64,000 nt of DNA, taken from contig DASYER010000075.1 of assembly GCA_036498905.1 (NCBI GenBank), positions 7,968 through 71,967 of the forward strand. The letters run 5' to 3'. The first letter of the stretch is position 1. Every line of letters starts with the position of its first letter. Source of the DNA: Steroidobacteraceae bacterium. Lineage in GTDB: Bacteria; Pseudomonadota; Gammaproteobacteria; Steroidobacterales; Steroidobacteraceae. The translations under genes and the position numbers were made by a program. Below are positions 1-8,766 of the stretch, piece by piece. Under the pieces are notes generated by a model. The model searched no databases and was not told the DNA's origin. It saw only the letters and a program-made list of their open reading frames with translations.

Positions 1-86
1 CGGTGTTCGTAGTCAAGTCCGTAGAGCCGCAGCGCAACAGCCACACGGCGAACGAACGGAGAGTCGAACTGGCCGATCAGGATCAT
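1..86 (-). CDS. glutathione S-transferase, N-terminal fragment (gene runs off the left edge)
   Basis: Minus-strand ATG at 84-86 with GGAG 7 nt upstream. It reads MILIGQFDSPFVRRVAVALRLYGLDYEH, a typical start of a thioredoxin-fold GST. Only 28 codons are visible. Confidence 0.45.
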   Translation of the reverse strand, partial: MILIGQFDSPFVRRVAVALRLYGLDYEH

Positions 87-193
87 GTCTTTGCTCCATC
101 GACTTCCCTTCTTATAGCAAGCGGAGGCTCGCGCTGGGAATCACGCCGCCAATCGCGGCAAACCCGAAATCCAATGCGCAGCCAGGTCTTGCT

Positions 194-844
194 TCAGGCC
201 TGGCGAGAATCGCCACCCCATCTTGCGACGGCTTCAGCGGTGGTTACGACCCGACCGAGGATGCCACCCTCACCCGCGATGCAGCTGAGCATTGCCTCAT
301 GGACCGATCTGTCGGCAGCAGCGCAGGCGTCCCCAACGGTCTGACATTCAAATCCGCGATCAACTGCCTCGCGAAGCGTCGAGTGCACACATATGTCTGT
401 CGTGACGCCCGCCAACGTCAATCCCGTAACTCCCCAGGCGCGCAGGACCAGCTCAAGGTCTGTCGCATAGAAGGCGCCGAATCCAGGCTTGTCGATGACG
501 ACCTCGGAGGGCAGTGGCAGAAGTTCATCGATGATTTCGTGTCCGTGTTCTCCGCGCACCAGCAGGCGACCAAGAGGACCCCGACTACCGATCGCCGCGC
601 CAACCTGAGCGGCGCGTCGGGCCTTGGTCGGATTAAGATCGGCCAGATCCGGGCGATGACCTTCGCGTGTGTGGACAATGCGAATACCGCCGGATCGCGC
701 AGCATCCAGGAGCCGCCGCACGTTGGGGATCGCCGCCCGCAGAATGCCAACATCGACCCCGCTTCGGGCGATGTAGCCCCCGAGGTCCAGGAAATCGCGC
801 TGCATGTCGATCACAATGAGCGCCGTTGTACCCGAGGACTTCAT
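194..844 (-). CDS. isochorismatase-fold cysteine hydrolase (216 aa)
   Basis: Start trimmed to the internal ATG (MKSSGTTALIVIDMQRDF), which overlaps the upstream stop as ATGA at 841-844. The D-K-C triad context is visible: IDMQRDF, VIDKPGFGAF, GVTTDICVHSTLREA. Confidence 0.85.
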   Translation of the reverse strand: MKSSGTTALIVIDMQRDFLDLGGYIARSGVDVGILRAAIPNVRRLLDAARSGGIRIVHTREGHRPDLADLNPTKARRAAQVGAAIGSRGPLGRLLVRGEHGHEIIDELLPLPSEVVIDKPGFGAFYATDLELVLRAWGVTGLTLAGVTTDICVHSTLREAVDRGFECQTVGDACAAADRSVHEAMLSCIAGEGGILGRVVTTAEAVARWGGDSRQA

Positions 845-1842
845 ACGGCCGTCAAAAATGAGACGCCGACCGCCCCGAGGAAGCCGCTCGCGCGCTGGCG
901 CCCGTCGGCCACCGAGCCGTAGTCTTCCGCCAAAATACGCTCGACCCGGTAGCGGTGGTAGTTCGCGATCAGATCGCGACACGGCATGACCTGGCGATTT
1001 TCCTCGCCGTAGAGTTCCCGGTGCAGAGCCGGCAGCCCGTACCAAGGGACGCCAGTCTTGGTGTGATGCGCGTTGTGATACGGGAAATTCAGTACCAGGA
1101 GATTGAGCCAAGTCCAACGGGTCGCCAGCAGATTCGAGTAAGTATTCTCGTATTCGTACAGCCGCGTACGACGCGGATCGGGCGGAGCCGGAGCCAGCGA
1201 CTGCGAGGGAAACACCTCATAAGTGTGCTGGAAGGCATCCATGAAGCGTAGCACCTGGAGGAATATGAGATAGGAGAGCGCATACAGCATGAGTGCCTTC
1301 ACCGATACCAGCGCCAACGCAGCCCACAACGCCATTCGCACCACCAACAGGCTCACAGTGCGAGTCCGGTCGCGCAGCGTCCCATGGCGAACAGGTACCA
1401 CAACGATCATCGCGCGCATCAGGAACTCCACGACCGGGATATAGGCCCATTCGAGCACCAGCACCGCTCGCCGAATCCATAACGGTGCGCGCCTGAGAAC
1501 AGCCCGATAGTCAAAGGTCACGACGTCCAGCCGGTCCGTGTGATGGCGCAGATGCTTAATTTTCAGCCTCTGATAGTCCGCCAGGCATGATCCGTTTATC
1601 CAGCTCATCAGCATGCCGAGCCGATCGTTGGACACGATGCGGGCGAAGACATTCTGATGAACGCATTCATGAATCATGTACGCTGAAGAGATGAGCGCAT
1701 GGGCTGTCAGGAGCACGCCGACGACATTCACGAGGAACTCGGGACGTGTCAGCAACCACACTCCAAGCGCCCAGCCTACAAAGGTGTATGCAATCATGAC
1801 TGCATTGGGCCAAGCACCCGTTCCCCGAAACAGCCGATTCAT
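841..1842 (-). CDS. fatty-acid-desaturase-family membrane di-iron enzyme (333 aa)
   Basis: Three histidine boxes are present: HECVH, HLRHH and HNAHH. Several hydrophobic helices. The start lies 2 nt after the upstream stop. Confidence 0.85.
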   Translation of the reverse strand: MNRLFRGTGAWPNAVMIAYTFVGWALGVWLLTRPEFLVNVVGVLLTAHALISSAYMIHECVHQNVFARIVSNDRLGMLMSWINGSCLADYQRLKIKHLRHHTDRLDVVTFDYRAVLRRAPLWIRRAVLVLEWAYIPVVEFLMRAMIVVVPVRHGTLRDRTRTVSLLVVRMALWAALALVSVKALMLYALSYLIFLQVLRFMDAFQHTYEVFPSQSLAPAPPDPRRTRLYEYENTYSNLLATRWTWLNLLVLNFPYHNAHHTKTGVPWYGLPALHRELYGEENRQVMPCRDLIANYHRYRVERILAEDYGSVADGRQRASGFLGAVGVSFLTAV

Positions 1843-1844
1843 CG

Positions 1845-2846
1845 CTATTCTCCCGGATGGGCCTGTAGAGTGGTGACAAAGGACGCATCGAAGGTTGCTT
1901 CGATCGGGGGTGGAGTTCGAATCTGCCCTTCGCGCTTCAGAATCTCACCGATAATGCTGCCGCTCGCGTAAAACGACGGCAACACGGACGTCTTCTTGAA
2001 CACATCACCGAGTTGAGCCAGGGGTGGGTTTTCGACGTTCTGGAGCTGGGCCTTGACATCAGCAACACTGAGTCCGAGCGCGCGGCCGATGAGGCTGGCA
2101 GCTTTATCCGGCTCGCGGCTCATGAATTCCAGTCCGTCCAAGGTGCCCCGGATCAGTGCCTGAACGAGCTGCGGATTCTTGGCAATGGTCTCCTGCCTGA
2201 AGGCGAGCACGTCAGTGATCAGTCCGCGCGCCTCGCGCGAGGACAGCAGCACGTGGAACTGATTGCCCCCGCCCACTTTTCGAATCATCGACACACTGGG
2301 CTCATAGGTCACGCCGGCATCCACCGCACCGCTCGCCATGATCGCGACGACCCCCTCGGGCGTGGAATTAACCGTGCGGACGTCACTCTGGGAAAGCCCG
2401 GCCTGTGCCAAAGCGTATCCGAGGAGAAAGTCCGATGGCGATGAAGGTTGGAAAGCGACCTTGCGGCCCTTCAGGTCCTTGACGGTGCGGATGGCGGTGC
2501 TTGCAAGGATCGCATCTCCGCCGACAGAATAATCGAGCGGCATCACAACCTTCAGATTCCATCCCTTGGATACCGAGCTGATCACCTGGTCGTAAGTCAG
2601 GGTGGAGGCCCCGAGCTCACCACCCTCAAGTGCGCCCGTCATCAGTGAGTTGTCACTGAAAGTGACGAGCTTCACGTCCCAACCATACTTGCGGTAGTAG
2701 CCATTTGCCGCAGCACAATACAGCGGACCATAGCCAATCCAGTTGACTACGCCAAGACTGACGTGTTCCATGGCGCCGCTGACTCGGGGCGTTGTTATCA
2801 GGGTCAAAGCGGCTGCGACCCAGCCGATAATTGCCAAGCGCATCAT
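1845..2846 (-). CDS. ABC transporter substrate-binding protein, NMT1/NitT-TauT type (second copy)
   Basis: Start trimmed to MMRLAIIGWVAAALTLITTPRVSGA (signal peptide). It is a paralog of the 5956-6957 product, sharing the Y+KYG.DVKLV.F pattern. Confidence 0.8.
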   Translation of the reverse strand: MMRLAIIGWVAAALTLITTPRVSGAMEHVSLGVVNWIGYGPLYCAAANGYYRKYGWDVKLVTFSDNSLMTGALEGGELGASTLTYDQVISSVSKGWNLKVVMPLDYSVGGDAILASTAIRTVKDLKGRKVAFQPSSPSDFLLGYALAQAGLSQSDVRTVNSTPEGVVAIMASGAVDAGVTYEPSVSMIRKVGGGNQFHVLLSSREARGLITDVLAFRQETIAKNPQLVQALIRGTLDGLEFMSREPDKAASLIGRALGLSVADVKAQLQNVENPPLAQLGDVFKKTSVLPSFYASGSIIGEILKREGQIRTPPPIEATFDASFVTTLQAHPGE

Positions 2847-2854
2847 AATAAGTG

Positions 2855-4324
2855 TTACTCCTCGACATTGATGCCCGCCGCCAGCAGCTGCTGCCTCAAT
2901 GGCTCGAGCTGCTGCGCGTAGTGACGCCACTCCCCGACAGCCGTGGCATAGAGTGGTCGGCGCACCTGGACGGCACTCGCGGTCGTGGTGGCCGTGGTAT
3001 TCGAATGAAACTGCATGCAGCCCTGCTCCCACTCGAGGCCGCAGAACTCGAGTAAACGCTGCGTTTGCGTCTGTTGGTCAGCGACTAATGCCTCGTACCT
3101 CAGCTCGTGAATGCATCCCGGTAACGTCGCGCGCCAGTGATCCATCAAGCGACGATATGCGACGTAGTAGCTTCCGATCTCCTCGAGGTCATACGAGAAA
3201 GGATAGCCGTCCTTGAACAAGGTCTTGAACATTGCATAGCAGGCTGCCATTGGGCTACGCCGCACGTGTACGATTCGCGCGTGCGGAAGCGCACGCTGGA
3301 TCAGCCCGCAATACAAATAGTTCAGCGGCATTTTGTCAGTGAAGAGCTGGGCGGTCATGCCGGCGGCGCGAACGCGCGATAGGTAGTTACGCCCGAGGCG
3401 CCCAAAGTCAATGTCCGCAGACTGCCTCACGAGCTCACGGCGTGCCGGCGGACTACGGCCGTTGCCCGCCACGCCCGCAACAGCCGCGACTACACCCAAC
3501 GCGAAATGCGGCAATTCGCCGCCCGCGCGCACGGCCGAATGACTGCCGAGAATCCGCTCCAAAAGAGTGCTGCCGCTGCGTGGCAGGCCCACGATGAATA
3601 TCGGCGTGCCATCAGCGCTTTTGATGGCGGCCGACGCGGCTGCGGCCGCTGCCTTGGCCAACCACACTTTCGGATATGCTTCGATGATCCAGTCTACGGT
3701 TGCGACATCCATTCCAACGTCGTATCGCAGGTGCTCACGCCGCGCCCGCGCCCCGCGCGCCAGGTGCTCGAAGGACCGACTGTACTGCCCGAGATCCTCG
3801 TACTCCTTGGCTAGTGCGTAGCGCAGCGCCACCTCTCCGTGCCAACCCGTCTCACCTAGGGCAAGTCGTGCCTCCAGTTCCACCGTGTGATTGCGCTCTG
3901 AACTCTGCCGCCGCAACTCCGAGCGGTTAAGATAGGCTTCATAATCTTCGGGCTTCTGGCGAATCACGCGATCGTAGTCGCGTTCGGCGCCGTCCAGATC
4001 TCCCAGGAAGCGACGCACTGCCGCGCGGTTGAATGTGAAATGCGGCTCATCGGGCGCCAGCGCAATCGCCTGTTCAAAGGCTGCCAGCGCGCGTGGCTGG
4101 TCACTTGCCCTGGTGAAGAGATTGCCAATGGCATCAAGCACCGCCGCGTCCGTGGAGGCGCGACGTTGCGCGGCAGCGGCCGCCTCACACGCCCTGCTGA
4201 CCTGGCCCAGCGCCAGCAGGCACTGCGCCCGCTGCAGCAGCAGGCGCGGATTGTCCGGGGCGCGCCGCAATGCCGATTCAGTCTGGAGCAACGCCTCCGT
4301 CGCACTGGCCGGAGCGTGCGTCAT
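2855..4324 (-). CDS. TPR-repeat protein fused to a sulfotransferase domain (489 aa)
   Basis: The N-terminal ~200 aa consist of TPR-like helical repeats. The C-terminal domain carries the PAPS 5'-phosphosulfate loop GLPRSGSTLLERILGSH. The ATG overlaps the ATPase stop (ATGA at 4321-4324). Confidence 0.8.
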   Translation of the reverse strand: MTHAPASATEALLQTESALRRAPDNPRLLLQRAQCLLALGQVSRACEAAAAAQRRASTDAAVLDAIGNLFTRASDQPRALAAFEQAIALAPDEPHFTFNRAAVRRFLGDLDGAERDYDRVIRQKPEDYEAYLNRSELRRQSSERNHTVELEARLALGETGWHGEVALRYALAKEYEDLGQYSRSFEHLARGARARREHLRYDVGMDVATVDWIIEAYPKVWLAKAAAAAASAAIKSADGTPIFIVGLPRSGSTLLERILGSHSAVRAGGELPHFALGVVAAVAGVAGNGRSPPARRELVRQSADIDFGRLGRNYLSRVRAAGMTAQLFTDKMPLNYLYCGLIQRALPHARIVHVRRSPMAACYAMFKTLFKDGYPFSYDLEEIGSYYVAYRRLMDHWRATLPGCIHELRYEALVADQQTQTQRLLEFCGLEWEQGCMQFHSNTTATTTASAVQVRRPLYATAVGEWRHYAQQLEPLRQQLLAAGINVEE

Positions 4325-5160
4325 GCCCGTGCAACCACTGAGGGCGAAAGCCGCTGCAAGAGTTCGAAATCTGTGCGCATGCCGGATGTCTGGCGAATCC
4401 GGTCAAGGACCCGCAGGCGCAATGCCAGGAATTCCGCCGAGTATTTCATGGCCAATGAACGGTTCGCCGGAAGCGGCACTTCATAGATCGAGTCTATGCG
4501 ACCCGGCTTTGGCGCCATCAGAACCACACGGTGGCCAAGATAGATCGCCTCCTCCACATCGTGCGTCACAAATACGACGGTGCAGCCCTCGAGCGCCGAC
4601 ACATGGAGGATGAGATCGTGCATGACCTCGCGGGTTTGCGCGTCCAGCGCTCCAAATGGTTCGTCCATGAGCAGAATGCGCGGCCGCGTCATAAGCGCGC
4701 GCGCAATCGCGACTCGCTGCTGCATTCCTCCGGATAGTTCCGAAGGGAAAGCGTCGGCCGCGTGGGTCAATCCCATGACACGAAGCAGTGCGTCGGCCCG
4801 ACCCGAGGCCGCCTCGACATCAGAGCTGGTACGGTCACGCGTATGCGCCGTGAGCTGTCGCGGAAACTTGATATTGTTGATCACCGAGAGCCACGGATAA
4901 AGGCTGTAGTCCTGGAATACCATCGCGCGGTCGGCGCCCGGTGCGACAACGGGCGCTCCCGCTGCCTCCAGATGACCCGCCGTCTGTGTCTCAAGTCCGG
5001 CCAATATCCGCAGCAGGGTCGATTTTCCACAACCCGATGCCCCCACGAGCGTCACGAACTCTCCCTGCGTGACATCCAGACACACGTTATCAAGTGCGGT
5101 CACGCGGGCCCGGCCTTCACCGAACACCTTGCACACCGACCGACAGCTGATGATGGCCAT
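4321..5160 (-). CDS. ABC transporter ATP-binding protein (NitT/TauT family)
   Basis: Walker A GASGCGKST, signature LSGGMQQR, Walker B LLMDEPFGALD. Start trimmed to MAIISCRSV, 1 nt after the permease stop. Confidence 0.9.
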   Translation of the reverse strand: MAIISCRSVCKVFGEGRARVTALDNVCLDVTQGEFVTLVGASGCGKSTLLRILAGLETQTAGHLEAAGAPVVAPGADRAMVFQDYSLYPWLSVINNIKFPRQLTAHTRDRTSSDVEAASGRADALLRVMGLTHAADAFPSELSGGMQQRVAIARALMTRPRILLMDEPFGALDAQTREVMHDLILHVSALEGCTVVFVTHDVEEAIYLGHRVVLMAPKPGRIDSIYEVPLPANRSLAMKYSAEFLALRLRVLDRIRQTSGMRTDFELLQRLSPSVVARA

Positions 5161-5161
5161 G

Positions 5162-5959
5162 TCAGTTCCGGACGTGCAGGTAGGGGAAAGAGAGCCGATG
5201 GATGAGTCGGAACCCCTGATCCATCGCCAGGCCGATCGCACCGATGAGCACGATGCCGGCAAATATCTTGTCGGTCTGCAAGAACCGTTGCGCTTTGATG
5301 ATGGCGTATCCGAGCCCCGAATTTGCAGCGACGAGTTCAGCCACGACCAGGTAAGTCCACGCCCAGCCCATGGTGACGCGCAAGGTGTCGAGAAGGGCCG
5401 GCTTGGCCGACGGGACGATGACCTTTTCGATCACTTCGCAACGCGTCGCGCCCATCGTCTGAGCCGCCTCGATCTGGGCCATCGGCACACGTCGAACATC
5501 TTCCGCCACCATCAGTACCATCTGAAAGAAGGTACCGATGAATATGATCGCCACCTTGGCCGGCTCTTCGATCCCGACCCAAAGCATCACCAGGGGGATG
5601 AAGGCCACCGCCGGCATGTAGCGTACGAAATCGGTAAGCGGCTCCAGCAGTGCCTGCACCACACGGAAGGACCCGATCAGGAGCCCCAGGGGCATGGCGA
5701 TAAGCGCCGACAGGGCCCAGCCGGCGGTCACTCTGAAGGTACTGATGAGAATGTCGTCAACCAGGTGATCGTCGCTGAACCAGGTTGCAGCACGCTGCAG
5801 CACATCGATTGGACCCGGAAGGAAGACTCGATTGACTGATCCGAATAGCGTCAGCACCGTCCAGAGCGCGAGCGGCACGATGAGACCGACGGCCGCCAGC
5901 ATCCAGTAGCTTCGCTGGCTCAGCCGGCCGCGAATCTTCCATGCCGAGCGCCCGTTCAT
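5162..5959 (-). CDS. ABC transporter permease (NitT/TauT family)
   Basis: 265 aa with about 6 TM segments and a BPD-transporter EAA-like loop (IEAAQTMGATRCEVIEKVIVPSAKP). ATGA overlap with the upstream gene. Confidence 0.9.
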   Translation of the reverse strand: MNGRSAWKIRGRLSQRSYWMLAAVGLIVPLALWTVLTLFGSVNRVFLPGPIDVLQRAATWFSDDHLVDDILISTFRVTAGWALSALIAMPLGLLIGSFRVVQALLEPLTDFVRYMPAVAFIPLVMLWVGIEEPAKVAIIFIGTFFQMVLMVAEDVRRVPMAQIEAAQTMGATRCEVIEKVIVPSAKPALLDTLRVTMGWAWTYLVVAELVAANSGLGYAIIKAQRFLQTDKIFAGIVLIGAIGLAMDQGFRLIHRLSFPYLHVRN

Positions 5960-6957
5960 GGCTTCGCGGCCGACGCTGAAGCCGCCCCGGCGGCGATCGC
6001 TGCGTCAATCAGGGAATGATCCACGCCCTTGGCAGCATCGGGCTGTCCATCAATGAGCTTATTTGCCAACAGAAATGCCCCGATGTTGGGAGCCACGCGC
6101 ACCAGACTGCGTGGGCTCTTCGGATCGAATGCCTCCAAATTGGCCGCCGCATCGAAGAAGCGCGTTCCAGGCAGGAAGACACGGTACTGCTCGGGCGACA
6201 TGCTGACGATCCGCGACATGATGGCGACGGCCCGATCCGGTTGCGCGCGGATGAACGCTTCGGTATCAAACCATGCCCGCACCATCCCGATGAAGTCCTT
6301 GCGTTTGCTCTGCAGTGATCGCTCCTGGGCGACCAACAGATCCGGAATCAGCCCCGGCATCTGCGCTGAGCTGAACAGCGGCACCCCCTTGCCGCTCTTT
6401 TGAATCTGGCTGATCCAGGGATTCCACACGACTGCCGCGTCCACTCTGCCACTCATGAACGCCGCGGCGGCGTCACCCGCTGACAGATTCACTACCGTGA
6501 CATCCGTTGGGCTCAACCCATTGCGCGCCAGCGCCGTGTAGAGCACGAAGTGCGAAACACTGTATTGCTCCAGCGCAACGGTGTGATGGCGTAGATCCGC
6601 AAAGGTCTTGATCTTCGGGCCCACCAGTAGTGCGTCGTTGCCTGCGGAATTGTCGTTGACGAGTACCGCCTTCAGCGGCAGCCCCTTGGCAAGGGGCCCC
6701 AGGGTGTCTGACCAGGTCTGGCTGTTGGCATCCAATTGGCCGCTGGAAAGTGCGGAAATGGAATCACTGTAATTGGCAAACCAAACAAGTTTTACGTCCG
6801 CCCCGTATTTGCGGAAGTACCCTTGATCCTGTGCCACATACCAGGCTACCCATCCAGTCCAATCGGAAACACCGACTTTGATCTGTGCGTGGGCCGGCAA
6901 CACTGCAACCGCCGCCATAAGCAGCGGGCCAACGAGAATTCGAGTCAGGCGATTCAT
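5956..6957 (-). CDS. ABC transporter substrate-binding protein, NMT1/NitT-TauT type
   Basis: Signal peptide MNRLTRILVGPLLMAAVAVLPAHAQ and an NMT1-like periplasmic domain. ATGA overlap with the allophanate hydrolase stop. Confidence 0.85.
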   Translation of the reverse strand: MNRLTRILVGPLLMAAVAVLPAHAQIKVGVSDWTGWVAWYVAQDQGYFRKYGADVKLVWFANYSDSISALSSGQLDANSQTWSDTLGPLAKGLPLKAVLVNDNSAGNDALLVGPKIKTFADLRHHTVALEQYSVSHFVLYTALARNGLSPTDVTVVNLSAGDAAAAFMSGRVDAAVVWNPWISQIQKSGKGVPLFSSAQMPGLIPDLLVAQERSLQSKRKDFIGMVRAWFDTEAFIRAQPDRAVAIMSRIVSMSPEQYRVFLPGTRFFDAAANLEAFDPKSPRSLVRVAPNIGAFLLANKLIDGQPDAAKGVDHSLIDAAIAAGAASASAAKP

Positions 6958-8765
6958 GGGGAGGCTCCGGATGTTTGGGCGGTCGCGGCCGATCGGGAGA
7001 TATAGGCGCGCCAGCCGCCGTCGGCCGTGATGTCGAGAGCACCGATGATCGCGCGGGGCTCGGCGACAAATCCCTTGACGCTTGAGCCGTCCGCCAGCAG
7101 GACAGTGCCGATGGCCAGCGGCGCTGGCACTTCGTTCACGAAGCTGCCGAAGCCGGCAAGGTCCAGCTCGTAGATCTCAGTTTCGATGGCAGCGCCGCCG
7201 GCGCCCGCATGCACCAGCGCCGGTTTTGCCGGAGTCTGGGCGGTCATCGCGTAAAGCCGATATACCGGTGCGGTGCGGGTATGTTGGATCAGACGAGCGC
7301 ACCGCGAACTCAACTGCCAATGCAATGGCATGCCGGACAGGTGAGCGCCGACTACCGCCAGCTGGACTCGCGCCGGCCGCGATTGTGTATCGAGCGGCGG
7401 CACCGGGAACTTCAAGCACGGGGTGTAGCGCCCGGCAAGTGCAAGCAGGTTGGCATCAGCCCACGCGGGACCGATGAGGCTCATACCCACACCGGTCGCG
7501 TTGCTGCGGAACCCGGCGGGCAGGGCGATGGCGCTCATGTCCAGCAGGTTCACGAAGTTGGTGTAGACCCCGAGCTGCGCGTTGAGCTCATAGGGTTCCG
7601 CGAGTACCTCACTCAGTCGATAAATCGTCGGAGTCGTCGGCAGTAGGAGCACGTCGATCCGTTCCCACAACTCTTCGGCTATCCGAGCGTAACCCTGCTG
7701 GGCGTACAAGCCGCGGAACGCATCGACGGCGGACAGGCCCTTCGCGGCCTGGAGGATGGAACGGACCACCGGATGGATGGTGTTCGGATGGTTCTGCAGC
7801 ATCTCATCCGCCACGGCAACGCGCTCGGCCACCCAGGGCCCGCCATAGAGCAGACGCGCTGCCTGAATCAGAGTTGCCACATCGACGACCACGGGGCTGC
7901 CGCCGATGGCTTGCAGCCCGGCGCTGGCGGCGGCATAGCATCGCGCATCGTCAGGCGCCAGGTCGGCCAGCTGCCCCTGCTGTGGTATGCCAAAACGAAA
8001 TCGCGCGCCAATCGAAGGTCCACGGGACGGCGCACGCCTCGCAAAGGAGTCCTCCGCGTCGAACCGCGCGAGCACGGCATCAACGAGCGCCGCATCGGCG
8101 GCATTGGTCGTCAGGGTCGAGATACAGTCCAGGCTCCGGCAGGCGGGCACGAGGCCGCGCGTACTCCAGCGGCCGCGCGTGGGTTTGAAGCCAACGAGAT
8201 GATTAAAGGCCGCGGGTACGCGTCCGGACCCAGCGGTATCGGAACCCAGGGCCAACGGTACGATGCCTGCGGCAACGGCCACCGCAGAACCGGAGCTGGA
8301 CCCACCACTTATGAACTCACGATTGAAAACGCAGCCCACTGCACCGTACGGACTGCGCGTCCCGACCAGTCCGGTGGCGAACTGATCAAGGTTGGTCTTG
8401 CCCAGTACGATCGCGCCGGCCGCTGTCAGATGCTCGATGACCGTGGCGGAGCGCTCAGGGCGGTAGGCGAAGCGCGGGCAGCCAGCCGTCGTCGCCAGAC
8501 CCACCACATCGATGTTGTCTTTGACCGCAACGGGCACACCGGCCAGCGCCAGCACCTCCCCGGCCGCAATCCTTCTGTCGATGATCTCTGCCTGCGCCAG
8601 AAGCTCTGACTCGGCCGGACGGTCGATCCATACTTGGGGTTGAATCTTGTCGTAAGCGCGCGCGCGAGCGAGAGACTCGCCCACGACCGCGGTGGCGCTG
8701 CGTGTACCGCTATTCACATCTCGAGCAATCGTGGTCACGCTCCATTCCTGGTCACGTCCGTCCAT
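6954..8765 (-). CDS. allophanate hydrolase (603 aa)
   Basis: Amidase signature GGSSSGSAVAVAAG and a Ser-cisSer-Lys context, plus the extra ~120-aa C-terminal domain typical of allophanate hydrolases. Start trimmed to MDGRDQEW, 1 nt after the carboxylase stop. Confidence 0.9.
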   Translation of the reverse strand: MDGRDQEWSVTTIARDVNSGTRSATAVVGESLARARAYDKIQPQVWIDRPAESELLAQAEIIDRRIAAGEVLALAGVPVAVKDNIDVVGLATTAGCPRFAYRPERSATVIEHLTAAGAIVLGKTNLDQFATGLVGTRSPYGAVGCVFNREFISGGSSSGSAVAVAAGIVPLALGSDTAGSGRVPAAFNHLVGFKPTRGRWSTRGLVPACRSLDCISTLTTNAADAALVDAVLARFDAEDSFARRAPSRGPSIGARFRFGIPQQGQLADLAPDDARCYAAASAGLQAIGGSPVVVDVATLIQAARLLYGGPWVAERVAVADEMLQNHPNTIHPVVRSILQAAKGLSAVDAFRGLYAQQGYARIAEELWERIDVLLLPTTPTIYRLSEVLAEPYELNAQLGVYTNFVNLLDMSAIALPAGFRSNATGVGMSLIGPAWADANLLALAGRYTPCLKFPVPPLDTQSRPARVQLAVVGAHLSGMPLHWQLSSRCARLIQHTRTAPVYRLYAMTAQTPAKPALVHAGAGGAAIETEIYELDLAGFGSFVNEVPAPLAIGTVLLADGSSVKGFVAEPRAIIGALDITADGGWRAYISRSAATAQTSGASP

Positions 8766-8766
8766 T

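Noticed and set aside
3-344. 113-aa plus-strand ORF at the left edge
   Set aside because: It overlaps the 3' end of the isochorismatase-fold gene and the GST fragment on the opposite strand. No motif, and composition typical of a spurious ORF.
845-1117. Upstream extensions of several ORFs: 845-1117, 2847-3032, 5161-5262, 8766-8894, 33346-33582, 35231-35266 and 25451-25516
   Set aside because: Each extension overlaps the preceding gene and is Arg/Gly/Pro-rich. In every case an internal ATG sits exactly at or next to the upstream stop codon and gives a protein of family-typical length.
1915-1940. tRNA-like T-arm sequence GGAGTTCGAATCTGCCC
   Set aside because: It lies inside the coding region of the second binding protein. 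No acceptor, D or anticodon arms can be drawn around it.
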